The notes beneath the pieces were generated by a model. The model was given only the letters and a program-made list of their open reading frames with translations. It was not told the origin of the DNA and did no database searches. 8,691 nt of DNA, taken from the IMG/VR virus record IMGVR_UViG_3300029498_000126, one strand, 5' to 3'. Both the position numbers and the translations under genes were made by a program. How positions within the stretch are numbered: position 1 is the first letter of the stretch; each line of letters opens with the position of its first letter. This document shows, piece by piece, positions 1-7,130 of this stretch. Origin of the DNA: a virus. Lineage: Duplodnaviria; Heunggongvirae; Uroviricota; Caudoviricetes.

Positions 1-435
1 ATGAAAAAAGAAAACCGCCCCGGACAGCAGGCGGCTAACATAGATATTCGCGGATCTGATGTTACGCCACCAGCGCCCACCACACAAGCGCCACGCCGCA
101 CACCGAAGAAGCACCGCGCCCGCGTCTATATGCTACGCACTGGGGTAGAGGGATGGACAGAAAACGACATTCTGCGCTACTGCCGCCTTTCGTCTGGAAG
201 GAACTACGCCAGCGAGTTAGAACGCAGGCTTGATATTCAGTTAGAGCGTATCGACGAAAAGAATCCCGACGGGATCGGGTCACATTTACGCTATCGCTTT
301 ACCGGGCGCGGTGACGTTCTAAAAGTTATTCGGCTTGTGAACCATAACGCCGACGCTGGGGGCTATCAGGGACTTTCTCAGCCTGAAATTGCCGACATTC
401 TCAATCTATACCCGGACAATCTCACCGCCGCCTAA
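1..435 (+). CDS. hypothetical protein (144 aa), basic/Pro-rich N-terminus; possible DNA-binding regulator
   Basis: Complete ORF from ATG at position 1 to TAA at 433-435. N-terminal stretch is basic and proline-rich (PRRTPKKHRAR). Followed 12 bp later by the next gene with a GGAG RBS in between, suggesting co-transcription. No family recognised by eye. Confidence 0.45.
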   Translation: MKKENRPGQQAANIDIRGSDVTPPAPTTQAPRRTPKKHRARVYMLRTGVEGWTENDILRYCRLSSGRNYASELERRLDIQLERIDEKNPDGIGSHLRYRFTGRGDVLKVIRLVNHNADAGGYQGLSQPEIADILNLYPDNLTAA

Positions 436-447
436 CGGAGACTGAAA

Positions 448-1281
448 ATGAACATCGAAAAAAGCAGATTAATTTCTGAGGCCGCCCCTCATCTGAACGC
501 CTATCAGGGCACAATTAACGGTAATGAATTTGCCGCAATTGTCCCGGTTATTCCTGGTCATATCGGTGGGCGTGAAACCAATATTGTTAGCGCAAAAGCG
601 TTACACAAAGCGTTGGGCGTGGGAAAAGACTTCTCTACATGGATCACTGATCGCATCTCTGAATATGACTTCACCATTGGGCACGATTACTCAGTCCATA
701 AAACTATTTCCCCAAATTTGGGGAAAAGCCCGAATGGCGCGGCTTACAGCAAGATTAAGCACTCTGGCAGACCCGGCAAAGACTATCTGTTAAGTGTCGG
801 AATGGCGAAAGAACTGGCAATGATCGAACGCACCGAACAGGGCCGCGCTATCCGCCGTTATTTCATCCAGTGCGAGGAAGAATTACAGCGTAGCGTGCCT
901 GAAATCGCCGCCCGCTATCGTCGCCAGCTAAAAGCCCGTATCAGTGCCGCAAACAACTTTAAGCCGATGTGCGATGCGCTGAATATGGCCCGTGCCGAGA
1001 TGGGTAAAACGACGCAGCAACACCACTACACAAACGAGAGCAATATGATTTCTCGTATCGTTCTTGGTGGGCTAACTGCTAAGCAGTGGGCGCGGATAAA
1101 TGGCTATTCTGGCGAACCTCGCGACCATATGAACGCAGAACAGCTTGAGCACCTCTCATATCTCGAAAGCACCAATATCACGTTAATTGATATGGGCATG
1201 GAATATGAGCAGCGCAAAGGAGAACTCACCCGCCTGTCGCAACGCTGGCTCGCTAAACGTCTGGAGGTAAACCATGCGTAA
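448..1281 (+). CDS. phage antirepressor-like protein (AntA/KilAC-type N-terminal domain)
   Basis: 277-aa ORF with GGAG 6-9 nt upstream of ATG 448. N-terminal half carries motifs I recall as typical of AntA/Bro-type antirepressor domains (SAKALHKALGVGKDFSTWITDRISEYDFTIGHDY ... RPGKDYLLSVGMAKELAMIERTEQGRAIRRYFIQCEEEL). C-terminal half resembles antirepressor C-terminal regions. Assignment from memory of the family consensus, not a search. Confidence 0.6.
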   Translation: MNIEKSRLISEAAPHLNAYQGTINGNEFAAIVPVIPGHIGGRETNIVSAKALHKALGVGKDFSTWITDRISEYDFTIGHDYSVHKTISPNLGKSPNGAAYSKIKHSGRPGKDYLLSVGMAKELAMIERTEQGRAIRRYFIQCEEELQRSVPEIAARYRRQLKARISAANNFKPMCDALNMARAEMGKTTQQHHYTNESNMISRIVLGGLTAKQWARINGYSGEPRDHMNAEQLEHLSYLESTNITLIDMGMEYEQRKGELTRLSQRWLAKRLEVNHA

Positions 1282-1456
1282 CCATAATCCGATGCCGGGA
1301 AGCCGTTACAAGGATTCGCACGGGGCTGTAGTGACCGTACAGCGCGTCGAGCATAACCGAGTGACCTTTTACCGCGAGGGCTATCAGTCGCCATGTGTTC
1401 AGCCTTTGGAGAGATTCGTTAATGAGTTCGTGGAGGTGCGCCGTGATACTGAATGA
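1274..1456 (+). CDS. hypothetical small protein (60 aa), translationally coupled to the antirepressor-like gene
   Basis: ATG at 1274 overlaps the upstream stop (ATGCGTAA arrangement). The upstream gene's last codons contain GGAGG (1263-1267) as a coupling RBS. Protein composition is plausible (MRNHNPMPGSRYKDSHGAVVTVQRVEHNRVTFYREGYQSPC...). Confidence 0.4.
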   Translation: MRNHNPMPGSRYKDSHGAVVTVQRVEHNRVTFYREGYQSPCVQPLERFVNEFVEVRRDTE

Positions 1457-1972
1457 ACCTGCCGCCCAGAAAGAAGCCTTTAATCTGGCTAGCCTGTTAA
1501 CAAATGTTAACCCTTACAACCTGTCAAAACCTGACATTCATCGCCGCGCCGTTGCGACAAATGACGACATTTTAGAGGCGTTTTCTGGGCTGAGAATTGG
1601 GCTGCGAATCCTAATAAATCCTAAGTTTTTTTCGAGTTTTGCGACCAGTACGCGCACGCGCGAAGGTGAGTTTTGCGAGTCCATAAAAAAGAGCTTGCCG
1701 TTATGCGGCAACACGGTTTATGGTTATAAGGCACCTCATAAAACGGGTGCCGGGATTAGGACCCCGCAGGCAATCGAGGCGATACATGACGCGCCAGCGT
1801 CTTTTTTTGTATCGGCGCACACGCACACCTTATCAATGGTGGGCTGTATGGGGCTGACTTCGGTCAGGCTGGTTTCCTTGATTGCCAGTAGTCCTAACCC
1901 TGTACAGTCCACCGCCAGCGAGCTTAGGACCTCCGGCGGTGGCTATAAACCATCAATCAAGGAGGCTGCCAC
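1457..1972 (+). promoter_or_regulatory. long untranslated leader with repeats and stem-loops upstream of the primase operon; candidate promoter/operator and RNA regulatory region
   Basis: No convincing ORF on either strand. Contains direct repeats TGTTAAC x2 (1495-1501, 1505-1511) and GAGTTTTGCGA x2 (1634-1644, 1668-1678), and perfect stems TTGCCG/CGGCAA (1695-1700/1706-1711), GGCACC/GGTGCC (1730-1735/1746-1751), CTGAC-TTCG-GTCAG (1854-1867) and CCACCGCC/GGCGGTGG (1909-1916/1935-1942), the last just 5' of the RBS of the first operon gene. Confidence 0.4.
1788..1810 (+). terminator. candidate rho-independent terminator within the leader
   Basis: GC-rich hairpin GACGC-gcca-GCGTC (1788-1801) followed directly by TTTTTTTGT (1802-1810). 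The stem is short (5 bp), so confidence is moderate. Confidence 0.4.
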
Positions 1973-2167
1973 ATGCTGGCTACTACCCCTACCCAAAAAC
2001 CGCAATTTATCTGGATTATCGCCGCAGTTCGCCGCGATTGCCCGACAATTACCGCCAAAATTCATCATATTGCTGCCGAGTCTGAACGCGATGCTCGCCG
2101 TTCTCTGGTGCGCGATCACGTCTGCTTTTTTGCTGGTCGTATCCGCATGGAGGTGGCACATGATTAA
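1973..2167 (+). CDS. hypothetical small protein (64 aa), first gene of the primase operon
   Basis: Strong RBS AGGAGG (1960-1965) 7 nt upstream of ATG 1973. Stop overlaps the next start (ATGATTAA). Confidence 0.5.
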   Translation: MLATTPTQKPQFIWIIAAVRRDCPTITAKIHHIAAESERDARRSLVRDHVCFFAGRIRMEVAHD

Positions 2168-2378
2168 AACCTACGATGTGCATATGGGTCCCCTCGAACG
2201 CACAAGCCAGATCATCACACTGACAGAAGTGATTAACGACATTCTGGTGAGCAACTCTCCCTCACGAGACGAAAGACTGAAGGCGTTACTCGCGATATTG
2301 GATCTCGCCGTTCGTGACGTTCATTTCCTGCTGGAAGGTGGCGAAATGCCAGTAAAAACGGGGGCAACCAATGAATAA
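2160..2378 (+). CDS. hypothetical small protein (72 aa)
   Basis: ATG 2160 preceded by GGAGGTGG. This is the in-frame 3' part of the long 1395..2378 ORF, but that ORF's 5' part runs through the non-coding leader and terminator. Stop overlaps the next start (ATGAATAA at 2371-2378). Confidence 0.5.
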   Translation: MIKTYDVHMGPLERTSQIITLTEVINDILVSNSPSRDERLKALLAILDLAVRDVHFLLEGGEMPVKTGATNE

Positions 2379-2565
2379 CTCAATTAATACCCCTCGCCTT
2401 ACGTCCGCACTTCAATTAATCGAGCAAGCAGCGGCTGTCCTGGTTGCTGTCAGTCTTTCGGCTGAAGAAATGGACGCTACTGATGTCGTGGATGCGATTA
2501 AAGCGTGCTCATCTTTGGTTAACGATGCCCGTGCAGAGCTGGTAATTCTTGGGGGTGAAAAATGA
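2371..2565 (+). CDS. hypothetical small protein (64 aa)
   Basis: Start overlaps upstream stop. 3' end overlaps the next start by ATGA (2562-2565). Ala/Val-rich acidic protein. Confidence 0.5.
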   Translation: MNNSINTPRLTSALQLIEQAAAVLVAVSLSAEEMDATDVVDAIKACSSLVNDARAELVILGGEK

Positions 2566-2825
2566 ATATCAACTTAATTTATCGTCATCCGTGTGAGCTG
2601 GAAATTGAATCATTGCTGAGCCGTGAAGAGCCATATCCAGACACATTCACTCTTGCAGATCGCACGACTGAACGGCTTACCAGAGCGCGCACAGGTCTGG
2701 TTCATGTGATGAATGAGATTCTTCCATCGGTGGGAGGGGAACAGGCGACAGTAATCACTAGCTGGCTACAAAAAGTTACCTCTCTGATAGATATCAGTTT
2801 AATCGATGCGGAGAGTGCGAAATGA
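2562..2825 (+). CDS. hypothetical small protein (87 aa)
   Basis: ATG 2562 preceded by GGGGGTGA. ATGA overlap with the next gene at 2822-2825. Confidence 0.5.
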   Translation: MNINLIYRHPCELEIESLLSREEPYPDTFTLADRTTERLTRARTGLVHVMNEILPSVGGEQATVITSWLQKVTSLIDISLIDAESAK

Positions 2826-3043
2826 CCAACATCCAGCTCATTGAAGCGCAATGTCGCATCGAACAGGTTCAGACTGTTTTAGGGTTCTGGCTTGAAGGGG
2901 CCAGCCCCAGCAACAGAGACAAGTTAATGATTGGCGCGGTTATGTCACTGCTCAATGGCGTACCAGAAGCTATTCAGGAAGCAGACGAATTGTTGGGCAA
3001 ATATGAGTTACAGAATCATTCAGGCGAGGCGAAACATGAATAA
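2822..3043 (+). CDS. hypothetical small protein (73 aa)
   Basis: ATG 2822 preceded by GGAGAG. Stop overlaps the next start (ATGAATAA at 3036-3043). Confidence 0.5.
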   Translation: MTNIQLIEAQCRIEQVQTVLGFWLEGASPSNRDKLMIGAVMSLLNGVPEAIQEADELLGKYELQNHSGEAKHE

Positions 3044-3638
3044 TTTCTTAACTTTCCATGCAGAAGCAACGCCTGACGGCGTAAACATCATGCACCGCAG
3101 CAACGATGGCATGACAGAACGCGTTGAGACCGTCTCATATATTGATGCCGTAAATCGTCTGGATGCCGGGGATTATGACGATAAACCAGATGAAGGTATG
3201 TCAATACATCTCGCTATAGCCGATGGCGGCAACCAGGGATATTTCGATTACACATCACAGCATAACGTCATTATGTGGAGATGGCTGATCGCAACAGTAT
3301 TCATGCTGGAAATGAGAGAGGAAAACGGCACTGTCAGCATCATTGATGATACTGGCAATCCTTCCGAAGTGGCTGTTTATTCCAACGGCATCGTCGCCAT
3401 GCCGCTGTATCCAGTAGCAGAGCGCCTCGCTATGGCAAACAACATTGAGGGAGCGATGATAGAACGTTTTGGCATCGAGTCTGGCACAGAACGCTCCATC
3501 ATTTTCTACAGAGCCATGATGGATGTGGAACAAGGAGCACTGACTCCATTTGGTCGTGAAACGCTTGCTGAACTTCACAACAGCTTTATAGCTGAACTGA
3601 ATGAAAACGGCATGCCATCGGAACCAGTGACGCACTGA
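3036..3638 (+). CDS. hypothetical protein (200 aa)
   Basis: Track ORF 2931..3638 trimmed to the in-frame ATG at 3036, which overlaps the upstream stop and is preceded by GAGG. The 5' extension would overlap the previous gene by 113 bp. No family recognised. Confidence 0.5.
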   Translation: MNNFLTFHAEATPDGVNIMHRSNDGMTERVETVSYIDAVNRLDAGDYDDKPDEGMSIHLAIADGGNQGYFDYTSQHNVIMWRWLIATVFMLEMREENGTVSIIDDTGNPSEVAVYSNGIVAMPLYPVAERLAMANNIEGAMIERFGIESGTERSIIFYRAMMDVEQGALTPFGRETLAELHNSFIAELNENGMPSEPVTH

Positions 3639-3648
3639 GGATGGAACC

Positions 3649-3990
3649 ATGATTACTAAAAATTTCCGACTGAATGCGCTGGCGAATAAGTATGCGTCGG
3701 CACTGTATAACCACATTACCTCCACCAGCGGCGGGGACTATTTCATGGTTGATGCGGACGGCCTCGCCGTCCGTGTGGAAATCGTCAATGGAGTAAAAGG
3801 CGTTCGCAGCCTGATCGATAGCTACACACTGGCAGCCATGAAAGTGTTCTACCCGCAGTGGGAAACCGTGGGGATCGAGCTTCTTGATCGTTGCGTCACT
3901 AAGGACGGATTGACTGACGTCGGGCGCGAGATATGGCAAAGCATGATTAATGATATGGGCGCGACCGTGGCAGGAGGCAACCATGCGTAA
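3649..3990 (+). CDS. hypothetical protein (113 aa), translationally coupled to the primase
   Basis: RBS GAGGATGG upstream of ATG 3649. Stop TAA 3988-3990 overlaps the primase start (ATGCGTAA). Confidence 0.5.
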   Translation: MITKNFRLNALANKYASALYNHITSTSGGDYFMVDADGLAVRVEIVNGVKGVRSLIDSYTLAAMKVFYPQWETVGIELLDRCVTKDGLTDVGREIWQSMINDMGATVAGGNHA

Positions 3991-6742
3991 TATCGACCTT
4001 ATCCGCGAAGTGACCAGCGCCGCAGCAGGGCGCTGGCCTTATGTGCTGGCTGGATTGTCTATCGACGTGCCTGATTCATCGCGCCGCCATTCTCCATGCC
4101 CTGCATGTGGTGGAAAAGACCGTTTCAGATTCGACGACAACGGGCGCGGTAGCTTTATCTGCAACCAGTGTGGCGCTGGTGACGGGCTGGATTTAATCAA
4201 GCGGGTTAACAACTGCGACACTACGGAGGCGGCACAGCTTGCCGCTGACGTGCTGGGTATTGATTACCGGGCAGCGCAAACCGACCCGGTGGCAGCGAGC
4301 CATAGAAGAGAGCAACTGGAAGCTGACCGCCAGCAGCGTGAGCAGGAGCGCCAGAAACAGGCAGCAGAGGACGCAGAGCAGCGAAGGGCTACGTTTGCCC
4401 GTCTGTATGCCGGAATGCGCCAGAGTGTCACACAGGGCGAATCTGATTACCTGCAATCAAAAGGGCTGACCGGGTTTAATTACCCGGTTATGTCTGATGG
4501 TTCGCTACTCCTGCCGCTGGTGGATGAATCCGGCGCAGTAGTGGCGGCGCAGACCATCACGCCGCAGGGAGATAAACGACTCCTGACAGGTTCAGCAAAG
4601 CGCGGGGCATATCACGCCGTAAACGCGCCAGAATCGCCGCAGAGCGTTTTAATTGCCGAGGGGCTGGCGACGGCCCTTTCAGTTCACCTGATGCGCCCGG
4701 ACGCGCTGGCAGTGGCAGCAATTGACGCGGGCAACCTGCTACCCGTTGCCGAAGTGATGCGCCGGAAGTATCCACAGGCACAAATAATCATCGCCGCAGA
4801 CAACGACCACCACCAAAACGGAGAAGCCAATACAGGCAGGGAGGCCGCAGAGAAAGCCGCCTTGTCCGTGGCTGGATGGGTGGCACTGCCGCCGACAGAC
4901 TACAAAGCCGACTGGAACGACCACCACCAGCAAAACGGGCTGGAAGTCGCTACGGCTGCGTTTAACGACTCGATGTACCAGATTCAAGGGGAAGCCGTTA
5001 AACCACGATTGCAGGCCATTGAGGGCGGTAAAACTGACCATCCAGAGAAAGACCCACTAAAACCCCACATTGAGAGCCGAAAAGATGTCGTTTTCTGGGT
5101 AACGCCGAAGGTGGACAAGGAAAGCGGGGAGATCATCAACGCTGAAAGCTGGTTATGTTCACCGTTGGAGGTTATCGGCACGGGACGCGACGACAAAGAT
5201 CAGTATCTTATTATCTCATGGCTGGCATTTGGTGCAGGCATACCGACAACAGCGGCTATCCCGCTGGCTGATATTGGCGAGCGTGAAGGCTGGCGCACCC
5301 TGAAAGCTGGTGGCGTCAACGTCACAACGAAAAACAGCCTACGGGCGATTCTTGCCGACTGGTTACAGCGAAGCGGCTCGCGTGAATTGTGGCGCGTTGC
5401 TCATGCTACAGGCTGGCAGTGTGGGGCATACATCATGCCGGACGGGGAAATCATCGGCACACCTCAGCGGCCTGTTTTGTTCAGCGGGCGCAGTTCAGCC
5501 GCTGCCGGGTATACCGTAGCAGGAACGCCTGAAAGCTGGCTTAACAGTGTTGCGCGGCTGGCATACGGCAACTACGCGATGATGACAGGCATCGCCGCAG
5601 CACTGGCAGCGCCATTAATCGGGGTGGCAGATCGTGACGGATTCGGGATTCATTTTTATGAGCAATCGAGCGCCGGGAAAACAACCACGCAGAACGTGGC
5701 GAGCAGTCTTTACGGCAACCCTGATGCCTTGCGCCTGACGTGGTATGGGACGGCGCTGGGGCTGATAAACGAGGCCGCCGCCCACAATGACGGGCTGATG
5801 CCGCTGGATGAAGTCGGACAGGGCGCAGACCCGATAAGCGTTTCTCAGTCTGCCTATGCCCTGTTTAACGGCGTGGGGAAATTGCAGGGAGCAAAGGAAG
5901 GAGGCAACCGGGATCTGAAACGCTGGCGCACCGTGGCAATCAGCACCGGGGAAATGGATTTAGAAACGTTCATCGCCACCGCAGGACGCAAGACAAAAGC
6001 GGGGCAACTGGTGCGACTGCTGAATATCCCGCTGAGTAAGGCGGTGCGCTTTCATGAGCACCAGACAGGGAAAGATCACGCCGACGCGCTGAAAGACGCT
6101 TACCAGCACCATCATGGCGCTGCCGGGCGGGAGTGGATTAGATGGCTTTCAGACCACCAGCAGCAGGCGATTGATGCCGTTCGTGAGTGTGAAGCCCGAT
6201 GGCGAAGTCTAATCCCTGCTGACTATGGGGAACAGGTTCACCGTGTAGGGGCGAGGTTCGCCATTCTGGAGGCCGCTTTACTGCTGGGTGGCGTGGTTAC
6301 TGGCTGGGATGCTCAAACGTGCCGGGATGCGATACAGCACACCTATAACGCATGGCTGAAAGAGTTCGGCACGGGGAACAAAGAGCACCAGCAGATCATC
6401 GAGCAGACGGAGGCGTTTTTAAATGCCTATGGGCTGAGTAGATTCGCGCCGCTGGGTTATGACCCGCGCGATTTACCCATCCGTGATTTAGCCGGGTACA
6501 GGAAGAAGGGGAACCACGACGGCGACCCGATAATTTTCTACACCTTCCCGGCAACATTTGAGCAGGAGATCGCACGGGGTTTTAATGTCAGGCAGTTTGC
6601 CGAAGTTCTCAAGAATGCAGGAATGCTAACACCACCAACGAGCGGGCGAGGTTATCAGGGGCGGGTAAGGGAAGGAGGGCGGCAAATTCGCGTTTATGTG
6701 CTCAACTTCATGGATGAGGAAAGCAGCCAGCCAGAAGAATAA
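3983..6742 (+). CDS. P4-alpha-like DNA primase/helicase (zinc finger + Toprim primase + P-loop helicase/ori-binding C-terminus)
   Basis: 919 aa from ATG 3983 with AGGAGG 7 nt upstream (the track ORF begins 11 codons earlier at 3950). Cys motifs CPACGG...FICNQCG at about 4097-4175. Charged Q/E/R-rich linker. Toprim-like acidic motifs (LIAEGLATALS; IIIAADNDHHQNGEANTGREAAEKAA). Walker A SSAGKTT (~5671-5690) and Walker B LMPLDEVG (~5800-5820). Architecture matches satellite-phage P4 alpha-type primase-helicases. Confidence 0.9.
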   Translation: MRNIDLIREVTSAAAGRWPYVLAGLSIDVPDSSRRHSPCPACGGKDRFRFDDNGRGSFICNQCGAGDGLDLIKRVNNCDTTEAAQLAADVLGIDYRAAQTDPVAASHRREQLEADRQQREQERQKQAAEDAEQRRATFARLYAGMRQSVTQGESDYLQSKGLTGFNYPVMSDGSLLLPLVDESGAVVAAQTITPQGDKRLLTGSAKRGAYHAVNAPESPQSVLIAEGLATALSVHLMRPDALAVAAIDAGNLLPVAEVMRRKYPQAQIIIAADNDHHQNGEANTGREAAEKAALSVAGWVALPPTDYKADWNDHHQQNGLEVATAAFNDSMYQIQGEAVKPRLQAIEGGKTDHPEKDPLKPHIESRKDVVFWVTPKVDKESGEIINAESWLCSPLEVIGTGRDDKDQYLIISWLAFGAGIPTTAAIPLADIGEREGWRTLKAGGVNVTTKNSLRAILADWLQRSGSRELWRVAHATGWQCGAYIMPDGEIIGTPQRPVLFSGRSSAAAGYTVAGTPESWLNSVARLAYGNYAMMTGIAAALAAPLIGVADRDGFGIHFYEQSSAGKTTTQNVASSLYGNPDALRLTWYGTALGLINEAAAHNDGLMPLDEVGQGADPISVSQSAYALFNGVGKLQGAKEGGNRDLKRWRTVAISTGEMDLETFIATAGRKTKAGQLVRLLNIPLSKAVRFHEHQTGKDHADALKDAYQHHHGAAGREWIRWLSDHQQQAIDAVRECEARWRSLIPADYGEQVHRVGARFAILEAALLLGGVVTGWDAQTCRDAIQHTYNAWLKEFGTGNKEHQQIIEQTEAFLNAYGLSRFAPLGYDPRDLPIRDLAGYRKKGNHDGDPIIFYTFPATFEQEIARGFNVRQFAEVLKNAGMLTPPTSGRGYQGRVREGGRQIRVYVLNFMDEESSQPEE

Positions 6743-6766
6743 TCTTTTTTCACATACGTAGTTTTA

Positions 6767-7027
6767 GTGTTGTCTCAGTTGTCTTTGTTGTCTCATTTTG
6801 TAAGTTACATTGATTTATAAGGATTTTATTTTAATTTCTGAGACAACATTGAGACAACATTTAGCCATTTTGAGACAACAGGGCGAACGTGTGTTTTTAG
6901 TCCGGCAGGCAGTGAGACAACATTTATGCCGGGTGAGACAACACGAAATTGCAAATGTTGTCTCAGCAAAACCCAGACGTGGCGCGGCCTGTAGAGCCGT
7001 GAGACAACAAAGACAACAGAGACAACA
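6767..7027. repeat. iteron array (TGAGACAACA / TGTTGTCTCA), probable origin of replication
   Basis: Core GAGACAAC on + at 6840-6847, 6851-6858, 6872-6879, 6914-6921, 6935-6942, 7001-7008, 7019-7026 (plus AGACAAC 7011-7017). Reverse complement GTTGTCTC at 6769-6776, 6787-6794, 6957-6964 (plus GTTGTCTT 6778-6785). Spacings of 11, 21, 42, 21 and 9 bp suggest helical phasing. Lies just 3' of the primase/helicase gene. Confidence 0.75.
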
Positions 7028-7057
7028 CTATTTTTGTTTATATACAAAAAAATCTGG
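7028..7057. other. AT-rich tract adjacent to the iterons, candidate DNA unwinding element
   Basis: ctatttttgtttatatacaaaaaaatctgg is strongly AT-rich and abuts the last iteron. Confidence 0.4.
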
Positions 7058-7130
7058 CGAAGGTGTCCCACAATAAGACGGTGCCGGGCAATCTTCATTA
7101 GCAAAACTAATAATTCGAGGTATTCGCAAA

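Noticed and set aside
1395-2378. 327-aa + strand ORF spanning the leader region
   Set aside because: Its 5' 765 bp run through the repeat and stem-loop-rich leader and the candidate terminator, the composition there is Ser/Leu/Arg/Pro-rich and non-protein-like, and there is no RBS at 1395. Only the 3' 72 codons (2160..2378), which have their own RBS and coupling overlaps, are called as a gene.
3950-3982. Upstream in-frame ATG at 3950 as primase start
   Set aside because: The ATG at 3983 has a canonical AGGAGG RBS at optimal spacing and overlaps the upstream stop codon. The 11-codon extension lies entirely inside the upstream gene.
3255-3984. Minus-strand ORFs 3255..3725 (156 aa) and 3586..3984 (132 aa)
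   Set aside because: They fully overlap + strand genes that have RBSs and translational coupling. Their translations are Cys/His/Ser-rich and non-protein-like.
4039-5519. Short ORFs on both strands inside the primase gene (e.g. 4193..4456 -, 4239..4469 +, 4739..5041 -, 5310..5519 +)
   Set aside because: They are embedded in a long ORF with clear primase/helicase motifs and are typical alternative-frame artefacts of GC-rich coding sequence.
6767-7027. Possible CRISPR array
   Set aside because: Repeat unit is only 8-10 bp, occurs in both orientations with irregular short spacers, and sits directly after a primase gene. This is an iteron origin, not a CRISPR array.
7034-7130. Specific sigma70 promoter for ssb between the origin and ssb
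   Set aside because: Candidate -35/-10 hexamers (e.g. TTAGCA ... TATTCG) match poorly and I cannot place a promoter confidently by eye, so none is reported.
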